DNA of 64,000 nt, taken from assembly GCA_963806535.1 (NCBI GenBank), contig CAWDYC010000003.1:288001-352000 (forward strand). The letters run 5' to 3'. A program made the translations under genes and the position numbers. A model generated the notes under the pieces. The model was given only the letters and a program-made list of their open reading frames with translations, was not told the origin of the DNA and did not search any database. Below are positions 39,398 to 50,744 of the stretch, piece after piece; position 1 is the stretch's first letter; each line of letters starts with the position of its first letter. The DNA comes from Candidatus Bathyarchaeota archaeon (GTDB taxonomy: Archaea; Thermoproteota; Bathyarchaeia; Bathyarchaeales; Bathycorpusculaceae).

Positions 39398-40702
39398 ATG
39401 AGAGTCATTGCTGATCTGCACATTCATGGACGGTACAGTCGAGCAACAAGCGAACAAATGAATATCCCAGAAATCGCCCGTTACTCAAAAATTAAAGGCT
39501 TAAACCTTGTTGGCACAGGCGATTTCACCCACCCTCAATGGCTAAAAGAAATAAACGAAACCCTAACGCCTGAAGAGGGCACGGGACTCTTCAAGTTAAA
39601 AGCCAAGGCTGATTCACCAGTCCGCTTTATGCTTACAACAGAAGTCTGCACTATTTTTGATTATAAAGGTGAATCAAAGAAAATTCACCAGGTCATATTA
39701 ACGCCCAGTATGGAAACGGCTATTCAAATTAATGAAAGACTCAAAGGTTTTGGCGATTTAGCGTCAGACGGCAGACCAATTTTAGACATGACGGCATCAC
39801 AGCTTGTTGAGCAAGTGATGGCTGTTTCAGCCGAAAACATGGTTTTTCCAGCCCATGCTTGGACACCATGGTACAGCATTTTCGGCGCTTTCAGCGGCTT
39901 TGACACTATTGAAGACTGCTACCAAGATATGAGCAAACACATTTATGCCTTGGAAACTGGGCTCTCAGCTGACCCTCCGATGAATTGGCGTCTTAGCAAA
40001 CTTGATAGGTTTGCGCTAGTTTCGAACAGTGACTGCCACAGTTTTTGGCCTTGGCGAATCGGCAGGGAAGCTAACGTTTTCGAACTCGAAAAGTTCAGCT
40101 ATCGAGAAGTTATAGACGCTATTAAGAGCAATAATTCAGAACATTTCAAGTTTACAATTGAAACCGATCCTGCGTACGGCAAGTATCATTGGACGGGGCA
40201 TCGCAATTGTAAAATGTCTCTTTCGCCCCAAGAAGCAATAAAAGTCAATAATATCTGCCCCGTTTGCCGCAGAAAACTCACTAAAGGTGTAGAGCAACGC
40301 GTTGAAGAACTTGCTGATAGACCTGTAAACTTCAAACGTGAAGGAGCTCCCGGGTTTATGCGTTTATTGCCGCTTTCTGAAATAATTGCTACAGTTTTAG
40401 GCTCTGATTCTCCTTCGACCCAGGCGGTTTGGAAGAATTATACTTCGTTAACTGAAAACTTCGGTGACGAATACACTGTTCTAATTGACGCGCCCTTGGA
40501 AGGTTTAACCAATATTGTTGATGCACCAATTGCTCAAGCCATCATCAAAGTCAGAAATGGCACAGCCAAAGTCACTCCAGGATACGACGGCGTTTATGGA
40601 CAACTGGTTTTAGACGTCGAAGTCCCAACAATCAAACCCAAACCTAAGCTTCCACGTGAAATGGTTAAGCAAATGAATATGTCTGATTTTTTCGGAAAAT
40701 AA
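39398..40702 (+). CDS. Endonuclease Q family (PHP domain + zinc finger)
   Basis: DLHIH.RYSRATS, GTGDFTHP, PAHAWTP, NSD.HS, GKYH..GHR.C, PGYDG.YG. Confidence 0.9.
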   Translation: MRVIADLHIHGRYSRATSEQMNIPEIARYSKIKGLNLVGTGDFTHPQWLKEINETLTPEEGTGLFKLKAKADSPVRFMLTTEVCTIFDYKGESKKIHQVILTPSMETAIQINERLKGFGDLASDGRPILDMTASQLVEQVMAVSAENMVFPAHAWTPWYSIFGAFSGFDTIEDCYQDMSKHIYALETGLSADPPMNWRLSKLDRFALVSNSDCHSFWPWRIGREANVFELEKFSYREVIDAIKSNNSEHFKFTIETDPAYGKYHWTGHRNCKMSLSPQEAIKVNNICPVCRRKLTKGVEQRVEELADRPVNFKREGAPGFMRLLPLSEIIATVLGSDSPSTQAVWKNYTSLTENFGDEYTVLIDAPLEGLTNIVDAPIAQAIIKVRNGTAKVTPGYDGVYGQLVLDVEVPTIKPKPKLPREMVKQMNMSDFFGK

Positions 40703-40800
40703 ATTAGGTTAGCTTTCAGGGACTATCAGAGATACACAATGATTTAATTCCCCAAGAATAATTCTAGTTAGAAGCTTCAACTTACTGAGGATAGATACTC

Positions 40801-42186
40801 TTGAAAGATCTCCTGACAAAGATTAATAATATAGCCACTCAAAAATTCGGAGCCCAATACGCTGAAGCCCGAGCCCAAAAACTCTACAAAACAATGCTTG
40901 CCATAAAAGAGGAGCGTGTAGAAGGGGCTAAACAGGGTATTGAGAACGGCGTTGCTTTGCGGGTTCTCGTAAATGGCGCGTGGGGTTTCGCATCTGTCGG
41001 TTCATTAGATGTTGATATTTTGAAGAGTGCAGTTTCGGATGCGTGCAGTATGGCAAGAATGGCTAGTTCACGGTTGAAAACGCCGATTAAACTAGCAGAC
41101 GCCAAAATTATTACTGACCGAGTAGTGTCAAAGCCAAAAAAGAATCCGTCAGATATTTTGATGGAAGACAAAGTTAAAACTGCTTTGGCAGTGAACAAGA
41201 CAAGCTTGAGATTTGATAAGCGAATTAAAAGCTGCAACATGGACTATATGGATTTGACTGGAACCAGTTATTTTTCAAACAGTGAAGGCACAAACATAGA
41301 GCAGGATAAATTATATGTTTGGGCAAGAATAACTGCTTCAGCTCTCAGCGAGGGAGTCTATACTTTTAGTCGAGAAGAAATAGGCTCAACCGCAGGCTAC
41401 GAAGTATTCGATGAACAAACCCCTGAAGTTTTAGGTGAAAAAGTTGCTAAACGTGCGGTTGAACAGTTAAGTGCTAAATCGCCAAAAGGGGGAATGTTTC
41501 CGGTGGTTTTGGGTCCAAACGTTGTGGGAGTTTTTGTTCATGAAGCATTTGGACACCTGGCTGAAGCCGATTTAGCTCTTGCCGGTGGAATTTTAGCGGA
41601 TAATATTGGAAAGAAAATTGGTTCAAATTTAGTGACGTTCTACGATGATGGCACGATTGACGGTTCTTTTGGAGCTTTCAAGTACGACGATGAAGGGGTT
41701 CAATCACAGAAAACATTACTTATAGAAAACGGAGTTGTAGCTGGGTTGATGCACAATCGTGAAACTGCACAAAAATTCAGTGTCCAACCTACTGGTAATG
41801 CGAGGGCTGAAGATTTCCGTGTTGAACCGATAATTCGTATGCGATGTACCTACATGGCTCCCAGAGATCAATCTTTAGAAGAACTGGTAGAAGACGTCAA
41901 ACAGGGTTATTATTTCAAGAGTTTTAGAGGTGGACAAGCGAACCTTGATGGCACTTTCCAAGTCGGCATCCAAGAAGGATACGAAATAATTAATGGAGAG
42001 ATAGGCGCTCCAGTCCGTGATGCATCAATAAGCGGAAACACTCTTGAAACTTTACATCATGTTGACGCTGTGGGAAAAGATTTTCTGACTGATTCTGGAA
42101 GATGCGGGAAAGGTCAAATAGCATTCATTTGTGATGGTGGACCCCATATTAGAGTTAAGGAGATGGTTGTGGGTGGCAGTTCTTAA
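40801..42186 (+). CDS. tldD: TldD-family metalloprotease
   Basis: HEAFGH, DDEG, TGNARA..P..RM, CGK. Confidence 0.9.
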   Translation: MKDLLTKINNIATQKFGAQYAEARAQKLYKTMLAIKEERVEGAKQGIENGVALRVLVNGAWGFASVGSLDVDILKSAVSDACSMARMASSRLKTPIKLADAKIITDRVVSKPKKNPSDILMEDKVKTALAVNKTSLRFDKRIKSCNMDYMDLTGTSYFSNSEGTNIEQDKLYVWARITASALSEGVYTFSREEIGSTAGYEVFDEQTPEVLGEKVAKRAVEQLSAKSPKGGMFPVVLGPNVVGVFVHEAFGHLAEADLALAGGILADNIGKKIGSNLVTFYDDGTIDGSFGAFKYDDEGVQSQKTLLIENGVVAGLMHNRETAQKFSVQPTGNARAEDFRVEPIIRMRCTYMAPRDQSLEELVEDVKQGYYFKSFRGGQANLDGTFQVGIQEGYEIINGEIGAPVRDASISGNTLETLHHVDAVGKDFLTDSGRCGKGQIAFICDGGPHIRVKEMVVGGSS

Positions 42187-43537
42187 AAAAGAAACGATGC
42201 TAAGTTTAGCTGAAAATGCAGTTAAAGTAGCTATGCAAAAGGGAGCCTCTGAAGCCGAAGCTTATGTTTACGAGGGGCAAGCAACAAACATCGGTATTGA
42301 ACTGGGGCAAATTAGCAAAACCAATAGGATAATTGACCGAGGCTTAGGCATTCGTGTGGCTGCAAACAAAGCGGTGGGTTTTGCCTACACAAATGTCATT
42401 GATGATCAAAACGCAGTTGAAAACGCAATTGCTGGTGCTTTGAGTGCAGCAAAAGCAAGCAAACCAGACGCGGATTGGAAGGGGTTTCCACAAAAGAAAC
42501 CTTACGCTTCGCTTAAGCAAACCTTTGATGAAAAAGTCATTTCGCTTAGCTCAGACGAACTGGTTAAGATAGCTTCGACAATGCTGGACGCTGCCAGTCA
42601 AGTTGACAAGCGTGTTGCGCCAATTGAAGGAGGAATAGGAAACGCGTATATTTCTAGTGCTATCGTCAACTCAAACGGGGTCTCAGGTTTCGATAAAGGA
42701 ACAGTAATTGAATGTAGCATTGCGGCGCTGGCGAAAGAAGGAAACACTGTCACGCCAGTTTGCTTCGAATTTAATGCTTCGAGAATGTACAACATTAACC
42801 CTGAATGGGTTGGAAAAGAAGCGGCAAAAATGGCTCTTTCAGCCCTAAAAACTAAATCAGTTGAAACGAAATCCACCACTCTTATTTTTACGCAGTTTGC
42901 TTTGCAAGACCTTTTTGCTAACACATTAATTAACGCTGTAAGAGCGGACAATGTCCAGAGGAACCAGTCTCCATTTAAAGATAAACTTGGAGAAAAAGTT
43001 GCTTCAGATAACTTAACTATCTTTGATGATGGCTTATTCCCAGGCGGATTGCGCACTTGGTCTTTTGACGGAGAAGGAGTTCCGCATCAAAAAACAGCGG
43101 TGATAGAAAAAGGGATTCTAAAAAACTTTCTATACGACAACTATTCTGCACGAAAAGACGGAAAAGAAAGCACAGGAAACGCTTCCAGGGCAGGATACCT
43201 GTCAACTCCCAGCATAGACACCACAAACTTCCACGTTACGCCTGGAAACAAAACATCCGACGAAATGCTAAGTGAAGTAGATGACGGCTTAATAATCTAT
43301 TATCTGCAGGGAGCTCACAGCAGTAACCCTGTAAGCGGCGAATTCTCGGTTGTGGCAACTCCGGCCTGGAAAATAAAAGATGGAGAAATAGTTCATTGTA
43401 GCCGAGGAGTCATGTTGGCAGGCAACATTTTTGAAGTTCTGAAAAACGTGAGTTTAGTCGGCAGCAATGAGCGTCAGATGGGACAGTTAATTTCGCCTTG
43501 GATTCAAGTTGAAAATGTTCGAGTGATTGGAAAATAA
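42173..43537 (+). CDS. pmbA: PmbA/TldE-family protein
   Basis: FDGEG, STGNA, N.VSGEFS; lacks HExxH; coupled to tldD. Confidence 0.88.
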   Translation: MAVLKKETMLSLAENAVKVAMQKGASEAEAYVYEGQATNIGIELGQISKTNRIIDRGLGIRVAANKAVGFAYTNVIDDQNAVENAIAGALSAAKASKPDADWKGFPQKKPYASLKQTFDEKVISLSSDELVKIASTMLDAASQVDKRVAPIEGGIGNAYISSAIVNSNGVSGFDKGTVIECSIAALAKEGNTVTPVCFEFNASRMYNINPEWVGKEAAKMALSALKTKSVETKSTTLIFTQFALQDLFANTLINAVRADNVQRNQSPFKDKLGEKVASDNLTIFDDGLFPGGLRTWSFDGEGVPHQKTAVIEKGILKNFLYDNYSARKDGKESTGNASRAGYLSTPSIDTTNFHVTPGNKTSDEMLSEVDDGLIIYYLQGAHSSNPVSGEFSVVATPAWKIKDGEIVHCSRGVMLAGNIFEVLKNVSLVGSNERQMGQLISPWIQVENVRVIGK

Positions 43538-43543
43538 AATATG

Positions 43544-44749
43544 TCACGCCCAAAAACTCTTTGAATACTCGCCTAAAACGCCCTCGTATACACGCTTGGT
43601 CTGCTGAGCAATTTTTTCCCAATCATACTTTTCCAGAACCCTTCGATAAGCATTTTCCCTGATTGTGTTACTATAGAAATTATCAACCAAAACCTTTGCG
43701 ATTCCCCAAGCTAACGAATCAGGATTATTCGGATAAACTTTAACCCCAGTTACATCGTGCTCTACGATTTCCGATAAACCGCCCGTATCAGATGCAACAA
43801 CCGGGCTTTTAGCCGCCATAGCTTCCAATGCAACAATTCCGAAGGGCTCAAAAAGTGACGGCACAACAGACACATCAGCGCATTTCTGAAGTTTAAGCAA
43901 ACTTTCTTCATCCAGGAAACCTTCGAAGAGAACTTTGTGTTCAAGTCCCATGCTACGAACAATGTTTAGCAGTTGCTCTTTCATGTAGCCGCTGCCCACA
44001 ATAATGAATTTGGCGTTAACTTTCTGCAAGATTTTTGGAACAGCATTAATTAGCACATGAATGCCCTTTTCATAAACTAGTCTTCCTACGAAAAGCACTA
44101 TTTTTTCTTCCGGCAAAGCAAACTTACCGCGAAACTCTTTCAAATCATCGGGTATTTCTCGGTAGCTTTGGGTGTTTACGCCATTTGGAATCATTACTAA
44201 CTTATCATATGGAAGCCCAAAAGCCCATTTAACATGTGAAACCATGTATTCGCTACAACAAACAACACGCCAAGCTTCGTATGTTAACCAAGCCTCAGTT
44301 TCATGAATCATTTTTTCAGTATCAGTATGCAAACCATCTCTTCTACCGATTTCAGTTGAATGCATAGTCACCAAAAGCGGCTTTCGAAAAACATGTTTAA
44401 GTCCAATGCCTGCATCTGCCACAAGCCAATCGTGAGCATGAAAAACATCAATTTTGCCGCCGATTTTCCTTGTTAAAGCAGCTGTTTCTTTTTGCATATT
44501 AAGATTCATTAAGTAAACCCATGAGGCGAAATCAGGTGCTGGATTCTTGTAAGAGTCAATTCTGTAGACTTCAACCCCATCAATTACTTCGTGAGCCGGT
44601 GTGTCGGGAAAATCGCAGGTTACCACATATACTTTTACGCCTTGTTTCACCAAGTTTTTTGATAAAAAGTAAACATGGGGGGATATTCCGCCGATTACTC
44701 TAGGTGGAAACTCCCAACTTAGCATCATAACGGTTAAGTCGTCTTTCAT
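43544..44749 (-). CDS. GT4 glycosyltransferase (glycogen synthase-like)
   Basis: WEFPP..IGG, HAHDW, EPFGIVALEAM. Confidence 0.92.
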   Translation of the reverse strand: MKDDLTVMMLSWEFPPRVIGGISPHVYFLSKNLVKQGVKVYVVTCDFPDTPAHEVIDGVEVYRIDSYKNPAPDFASWVYLMNLNMQKETAALTRKIGGKIDVFHAHDWLVADAGIGLKHVFRKPLLVTMHSTEIGRRDGLHTDTEKMIHETEAWLTYEAWRVVCCSEYMVSHVKWAFGLPYDKLVMIPNGVNTQSYREIPDDLKEFRGKFALPEEKIVLFVGRLVYEKGIHVLINAVPKILQKVNAKFIIVGSGYMKEQLLNIVRSMGLEHKVLFEGFLDEESLLKLQKCADVSVVPSLFEPFGIVALEAMAAKSPVVASDTGGLSEIVEHDVTGVKVYPNNPDSLAWGIAKVLVDNFYSNTIRENAYRRVLEKYDWEKIAQQTKRVYEGVLGEYSKSFWA

Positions 44750-45369
44750 TTGACTTTCAATCCACCCACACTTTTGTAAAGTTTAAGGACCTCTGCAATC
44801 CATGAATCGGAATCGTCTGAAATAACAACTATTTTTTCTTCAGGCACCTTATAAATTCTAATGACTTCGTCACGCATCCACTCTGATTTTACACTAATTT
44901 TCTCCGCCTCAAAGAACCCCAACCATTCAATACTTTTAATTGCCAGAGTGTAAGGCGTGTTTAAACCTTGAGATCGATGATCTTCTAAACTTTCAACGGA
45001 ATAAACAAAGGGTATTCCAAGTCCACTTTTTATTGTGACTGCTGCAGGAATAAAATGCCAGTCAAATACGTCGACAAGGTCAATTTGCTTGTTGTCTTGA
45101 TAATAAATATTTGCTGCCGCTCTTTCTACTTCCTGATTCAATGTTAAAACCCACGTTAAAACGCCAATGTGAGTTCGAACAGGGTTTGAAACCCTGACTG
45201 TCTTGACACCAGTGGGTTCCTGGTAAAACCCCGTTAAAAGATCTTCGTAGGTCACAACATTAACATCTACTTTTTTAGCAACAAGTTGAGTTGAGAGGGC
45301 TTTAACATATTCAGAGAGTTTACCTACCACCCTTGGCGGATACTCCCACGAAAAAATTATTACACGCAT
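44746..45369 (-). CDS. GT4 N-terminal-domain-only protein
   Basis: WEYPPRVVG, FDW, ESLE; no C-terminal EPFG domain. Confidence 0.75.
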   Translation of the reverse strand: MRVIIFSWEYPPRVVGKLSEYVKALSTQLVAKKVDVNVVTYEDLLTGFYQEPTGVKTVRVSNPVRTHIGVLTWVLTLNQEVERAAANIYYQDNKQIDLVDVFDWHFIPAAVTIKSGLGIPFVYSVESLEDHRSQGLNTPYTLAIKSIEWLGFFEAEKISVKSEWMRDEVIRIYKVPEEKIVVISDDSDSWIAEVLKLYKSVGGLKVK

Positions 45370-45376
45370 GATTCCA

Positions 45377-45637
45377 CTACGTGAAAAGTGAGCAGACCTT
45401 GATTATTCCTCTTGCATTAAGATAATACCGTTTTTTTCCTTCATTATCCACAAAGCTTTCAGCGAACCCTTCAGACTTGTATTTGTCCAAAATGCTTTCT
45501 ATTTCGTTTGGATCTTTCTGCATAAGACGGGCAACTTCTTCGCCTTTTCGTGCCAAATCAGCTGCTGTAGCGCATAGGTTATGTAGTGTTTGTAAAACTT
45601 TGTCGGGATAAGGAAGTTCGTCTCTCATTGGGCGCAC
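45377..45637 (-). CDS. Small winged-helix protein
   Basis: EEVAR...EIESIL....GF..KRYYL..RG wHTH pattern. Confidence 0.6.
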   Translation of the reverse strand: MRPMRDELPYPDKVLQTLHNLCATAADLARKGEEVARLMQKDPNEIESILDKYKSEGFAESFVDNEGKKRYYLNARGIIKVCSLFT

Positions 45638-45688
45638 CCTGATTAATTAGGGTAACTTCTCTTATAAATGCATAAGCGTGCGAAAGTT

Positions 45689-47236
45689 TTAGAAGAGTTT
45701 GGTTGCTTCCTGCGTTTGCTTATTTAGGGCTACAAAACGTTTCTTAGTGAAATCAACTATTGTTTCCCGCAGTTTTTCTCCTTTTTCTTTTGAACCTTTA
45801 AGTTCCCTAAAACTCAAAACCAATTTTTGATCTTTAAGTGAACTCTGCGCCCAGCTTTCGAAATCGCCGTTACTAACATGAAACTCTATAGCTTCAGCGT
45901 CAACTTCTTTTAAAGCTTTAATGAAGCCCTTCAAGCTCCAAGCCTCAATTCCTGTGAAATATTCTTTTCCAACGCCTGTGTAGAACAAAAAAGGCTCATT
46001 TGCAGTTAAAATTGCCAGCCTTAATCTAGTTTCAAATTCACTTAGCAATGTTTGGGCTGCAACGAAGGCATCCATGGGGGATTCATATGGGCTAAAGTAA
46101 GAGTGTACTTCTCCAGGTCCGCCGCCCGCAGTAAACATGTAGTATAAGTGGTCGCTTGTTTGGAAATCGCGCCACAACCTGAGAAATTCGGGGTCTTCTG
46201 CTTCTTTGATAAATGGCTCCAACCGCCTCAACTCAGTGTAATATGCCCATTGCATGACATTGCCAAGCCACCCACTTTGGTCCCTTTGGACATCTGCCCA
46301 AGAAACAGTGCCTCCTGCTTCAGGCACATCAATTTCGCCTGCAGAAGCATGTGTCACGACCACTTCGGAGGGCGTCATCATTTTTAAATTCTCAAACTTT
46401 AGTATCTCGTCAGGAAGATGCTGCAGAAAGCTATGAATCCCAGTTTCTGGCCAGTGGTGTTCTCCGAAAGTTTCGTAGTCAGGAAAAATATTAATGCATT
46501 CACCTGGTGTACTTGCTAACCAGCCCGCATATTTATCAGCAGTCAAGGGCCATTCAGGCCACCATCTAGCTGAAAACCTAAAGCCTATATCATCTGTTAA
46601 TTTGTAGTTGCGAAGGAAAACGCGAATCTTCTTGGCGCCTTTAGGTGTGTAAAGATAATTTGGTGATTTTTCGCCAAGAATTTTCTCAACACCTTCGGTG
46701 TAAATTCCCTTGTACCCGAGGGATTCAACAGTTTTGGCGATATTGTTGTTATAAAGTAGTTCTGTATTCTCAAAAACTGTGGATGTGTAGCCGAGCAGGT
46801 CTTTCACGGTTTGTTTGTGCATTTTTGCCTGTTCGATAAATTCTTCTTGATCTGGGTAAAGGCTTGCGATTGAATGATAATAGGTTTGGTTTAAGAATTC
46901 TACATTTCCAGATTTAGCAAGCTGTTTGAAAGTTTCCAAGAGATCCGGATCAAACATTTCGCATTGTTCAAGGAAGACTCCTGAAACACTGAATGAGAAT
47001 TTGGCTTGTTTTTGATTATGCTTGTGTTTGTCTATTGTGTCAAGCAGGATTTGGTTTGAAGGATAATAGCATTTACGCGCTGCCCGCTTGAAAATTTCTC
47101 GATCAACTTCATTATCAAAATAATAATTGAATAACTCGTCTTTCTTCAAACGCCTGAAAACTTTTCCTTCCCAAAACAAGTTCCGCCTCAGCCTATGTGG
47201 CTGATGAACCTCAAAGACAAACACTACATCCGTCAT
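45689..47236 (-). CDS. GH57 alpha-amylase-like protein with C-terminal DUF5752-like domain
   Basis: EVHQP, TYYHS, NTEL, DYETFGEH, SWAD, QTSDH; likely start ATG 47236. Confidence 0.9.
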   Translation of the reverse strand: MTDVVFVFEVHQPHRLRRNLFWEGKVFRRLKKDELFNYYFDNEVDREIFKRAARKCYYPSNQILLDTIDKHKHNQKQAKFSFSVSGVFLEQCEMFDPDLLETFKQLAKSGNVEFLNQTYYHSIASLYPDQEEFIEQAKMHKQTVKDLLGYTSTVFENTELLYNNNIAKTVESLGYKGIYTEGVEKILGEKSPNYLYTPKGAKKIRVFLRNYKLTDDIGFRFSARWWPEWPLTADKYAGWLASTPGECINIFPDYETFGEHHWPETGIHSFLQHLPDEILKFENLKMMTPSEVVVTHASAGEIDVPEAGGTVSWADVQRDQSGWLGNVMQWAYYTELRRLEPFIKEAEDPEFLRLWRDFQTSDHLYYMFTAGGGPGEVHSYFSPYESPMDAFVAAQTLLSEFETRLRLAILTANEPFLFYTGVGKEYFTGIEAWSLKGFIKALKEVDAEAIEFHVSNGDFESWAQSSLKDQKLVLSFRELKGSKEKGEKLRETIVDFTKKRFVALNKQTQEATKLF

Positions 47237-47392
47237 AACACTTCGACCTAAACAAACAATATCATAAGGCACATTTATTTCTAATTTGTCTTTTACGGTG
47301 TAATCTGCAAAAAAAAACCAAATTATTAAGAACACAGAAGTAGGCAAGGTTTTGACTGTTCAATGAAATAATATTGAGCGGTTGAGAGAGCA

Positions 47393-48670
47393 ATGGTGGA
47401 TGCCAAGGAAGAAATTTACTCAACTATGTTTAGTTCACTTAAGCATCCTGCGCGCCGCAAAATACTTAGAATTCTGTCAGAGAAACCTCTGACTTTTTCA
47501 CAAATGCTTGACTTATTGGGTGTTTCTAGTTCTAACTTGACGTACCATCTTGAAAGTTTAGGCGAATTGATAAGTCAAGAGAACGGCATCTATAAATTAT
47601 CAACTTTCGGTTCGGCTGCTGTTGGCACAATGAAGATTGTCGAGGAAGCACCTGAAGTTCAACAGAAGAAACGCTCATCCACATCATTGAAGTGGAAGAC
47701 TGCACTCGGCGTTTTACTGATTGGAGTTGTTATTTTTGCAAGCGTTTCGGCGTTCTCGTTAAACACGTTGAATCAGACAACAAGTCAGCGGGATTTGCTA
47801 CAATCAAAATATAATCAACTATTATCTTGGAGCGCCACCACAAACAAAGCAATAACTTTTCTTCAACAAGTAACCCAAATTGATACTTCACACTATCAAG
47901 CAACCCTTCTAAGCAACACTGTTGAGCAACGATCGGATTTAGGAGGCACATTAGAGCAAATAATGACTTATTCGCTTACCAGTAGCGATAGCAAAATGTA
48001 TGTAGTTTTTAGGTTCAGAGACAATCAGTTATCAAGATACCAAATTATTATGGTAGAAGGTTCACCGGTTTATGGTCAACCGCAGCCGTCCAGCATTTTA
48101 GATACCGCAAAGAACTTACTTGGAAGATTAGCAGCTTACGAAGACACACCTTATCTTGCAAATATGAGCAGCGTCTTATCGCTAGTTAACAACGCAGCTC
48201 AAAGCACCGAAATCAGCGAAGGCAACATTAAGTTAAATGTCACTAACTCAGGCGACAGCGGTCAAATTCTAATGATGTACACAGAAAATGGGGTTGATTT
48301 TTCGCCCAAAAGCCTTGGTTTAGTCTTTAACAACGGCGATTTAACGTCGTTAACTGACGGCTGGTTCTTATTTACGATCGGAAGCACAAAAGTTAACATT
48401 TCAAGCGACAAAGCGCTTCAACTCGCATCCAATGCCCTGAAAGGTTACAGTTGGACAGCAAACGGCACAACAGTCTCCGACTTCAACGTGTTGCCACAGC
48501 CAGTCTCGGTTATTTTTCATCCGAACACCAAAAATGGGTTAGCACTTTACCCTCAGTGGACGGTGACTTTTTCCCTTGACAAAGTCTATCCTGGCGGGGT
48601 AAATAGTTTAATGGTGGAGTTGTGGGCAGACACAGGCGATATAGCACTGATAAAAACTCAAAACAGCTAA
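47393..48670 (+). CDS. ArsR-like wHTH + TM + large extracytoplasmic domain
   Basis: SLKHPARRKIL..LTYHL, TM helix near aa 103-122, long beta-rich C-terminus. Confidence 0.8.
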   Translation: MVDAKEEIYSTMFSSLKHPARRKILRILSEKPLTFSQMLDLLGVSSSNLTYHLESLGELISQENGIYKLSTFGSAAVGTMKIVEEAPEVQQKKRSSTSLKWKTALGVLLIGVVIFASVSAFSLNTLNQTTSQRDLLQSKYNQLLSWSATTNKAITFLQQVTQIDTSHYQATLLSNTVEQRSDLGGTLEQIMTYSLTSSDSKMYVVFRFRDNQLSRYQIIMVEGSPVYGQPQPSSILDTAKNLLGRLAAYEDTPYLANMSSVLSLVNNAAQSTEISEGNIKLNVTNSGDSGQILMMYTENGVDFSPKSLGLVFNNGDLTSLTDGWFLFTIGSTKVNISSDKALQLASNALKGYSWTANGTTVSDFNVLPQPVSVIFHPNTKNGLALYPQWTVTFSLDKVYPGGVNSLMVELWADTGDIALIKTQNS

Positions 48671-48723
48671 AAAACGGCTCAAATTAGAAAATTTTATATG
48701 ATAAGCAGTTAAATGTTCAGAGC

Positions 48724-49359
48724 ATGGCAAGCAAAAAAGGTCTAAAACAACCGCCAAAGAAAAAATCTAACAGACAATCATACGTAATTGGCATAATAGC
48801 CTTAATCATAATTGTTATAGGTGCATATGCTGTAATACGGCAACCAGGCAGTCAAACCACAGATCAATCAACAAATCCAACAAAAGTTCTATTGCATACT
48901 AGTGCTGGCGATATAACTATTCAATTGCGAATTGACAAGTCCATAACTACTGCTAACTTCATAAATATCGTTCAAAAAGGATGGTATGATGGCACTACAT
49001 TCTACCGCACCATGGCCGGATTCATGATTCAGGGTGGTAAAATAAGCCAAACTGTTCCCGCAATAAAAGACGAGATAGGCACAAACAATCACAATACCAA
49101 TTACACAATAGCTATGGCAAAAACAAGCAGTCCTAACTCAGCAACAAACGAATTTTTCATAAATGCCGCAGACAACAGTGGAATAACCTACTCCGACGGC
49201 TCGACATTTGATGGCACCTATACAGTATTTGGAAATGTAATTTCAGGCCAAAGCGTTGTTGACGCAATAGCTAATGCCGCAGTAACTGCTAATGCTACTG
49301 GTGAAATGAGCGTTCCAGTACATCCGGTCACGATAATAAAAGCTTCAATCGTCACTTAA
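48724..49359 (+). CDS. Membrane-anchored cyclophilin-type PPIase
   Basis: TM helix; FYR...FMIQGG, IAMA..SATNEFFIN, YTVFG.V. Confidence 0.9.
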   Translation: MASKKGLKQPPKKKSNRQSYVIGIIALIIIVIGAYAVIRQPGSQTTDQSTNPTKVLLHTSAGDITIQLRIDKSITTANFINIVQKGWYDGTTFYRTMAGFMIQGGKISQTVPAIKDEIGTNNHNTNYTIAMAKTSSPNSATNEFFINAADNSGITYSDGSTFDGTYTVFGNVISGQSVVDAIANAAVTANATGEMSVPVHPVTIIKASIVT

Positions 49360-49496
49360 GCAAACAATAAAGAATCTTTTTTTCAATTTTCTCTTTTTCA
49401 ATATAACTTTAAAGTTTCGAAGAACAAATCGTCAAGACTACTCAGCGTGCAATAGGCATAATAGCCATTATTCTAATTCATAATTGGGAATAAATT

Positions 49497-49979
49497 ATGG
49501 CTTCAAATGAATATACCAACGGAGTAAAAGTTTTACTTCACACCAGCATGGGCGACATTACTATCCAACTGCGTAACGACATGCCAATAACCACAAATAA
49601 TTTCAAGAGTTTAGTCCAGAAAGGGACTTTTAACGGCACAATTTTTCACAGAGTAATACCAAGCTTTATGATTCAAGGTGGCGACCCCACAGGAACTGGA
49701 TATGGCGATCCATCAATACCCGACATTAAAGACGAATTCACAAGAACCAACCGAAACGACAGAGGTACAATATCGATGGCAAATGCAGGTCCAAACACAG
49801 GAAGCAGCCAATTCTTCATCAATCAAGTAAACAACAATTTTTTAGACAGCAAACATCCGGCCTTCGGGAAAGTCATCTCTGGAATGGAAGTCGTTGATGC
49901 AATTGCCAAAGTAAAGAGGAATTCCAACGATAAACCGCTTACAAATGTTACGATAATTAATGCATCAATTGTGCCTTAA
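49497..49979 (+). CDS. Cyclophilin-type PPIase
   Basis: FHRVIP.FMIQGGDPTGTG, SMANAGPNTGSSQFFI, HPAFGKV. Confidence 0.95.
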   Translation: MASNEYTNGVKVLLHTSMGDITIQLRNDMPITTNNFKSLVQKGTFNGTIFHRVIPSFMIQGGDPTGTGYGDPSIPDIKDEFTRTNRNDRGTISMANAGPNTGSSQFFINQVNNNFLDSKHPAFGKVISGMEVVDAIAKVKRNSNDKPLTNVTIINASIVP

Positions 49980-50008
49980 ACAAAAATTAAAAAAACTGTT
50001 GGTTACGC

Positions 50009-50206
50009 CTATTTCTTTTCTTTCTCTTTTGGTTTAGATCCAATTTCAACTGCTAAAATGTTTATTTGATAGTTTTTGTCGCCGATCTGCATTTTTCCTT
50101 GAGCATGAAAGCCTTTGCTTCCAGTTTTAAAATTCTTCTCTCCACTTAACATAAAACTTTGTTTAGCACCTTTAAGTTGAATTGTTGCCATATCTATATC
50201 GCTCAT
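50009..50206 (-). CDS. Small basic hypothetical protein
   Basis: K.FKTGSKGF.AQGK..IG.K.YQ pattern; clean ORF. Confidence 0.6.
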   Translation of the reverse strand: MSDIDMATIQLKGAKQSFMLSGEKNFKTGSKGFHAQGKMQIGDKNYQINILAVEIGSKPKEKEKK

Positions 50207-50744
50207 TTCAAAGTCACCAATGCAAAATGAAACAGTGCTTCTGCCTTTTCACCTTTTCGCTCCCGACAAATTGTGAAATATTGTCTCTTATGTTGTTTGC
50301 TAATTGCGCGTAAGTCAACCATGAAAATGAAAGGCAAAGAAAGAAAGAAGACGGAATAGATTGCGTTGCTAAACATGCTGGCATAAGGATTAGATAGTAA
50401 AGTGTTTTGGTTTGATAGGTCAAGCCCAAGTACTTTAAACCCGTCGAATATTGCTGCAACCATTAATGTTAACACTAAGCTGATTAGAAATTGGATGAAA
50501 ATTCTTTTTTGCTGCCCAAAAATGAGCCAGAAATTACTGATGATAGAACAAACATCCAAGCGAATGAGCATATAAAAACAGCCACATTAATGTTTGAAGA
50601 TAGTAACGAAGATAACAGTAGGATTGGATTATGTAGGGAAGATGCTACTGTAGTCAGTGCGGTTTTAGTGAAGATTTGGTAAGTAAGCATCAGAAGTCAA
50701 GCGACAACTAAGAAAGCCGTAGTTACCAGGATCCCCCTCGCCAT
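50203..50744 (-). CDS. Multi-TM membrane protein, frameshifted
   Basis: ATG 50744; hydrophobic segments distributed over ORFs 50484-50690 and 50203-50571. Confidence 0.5.
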
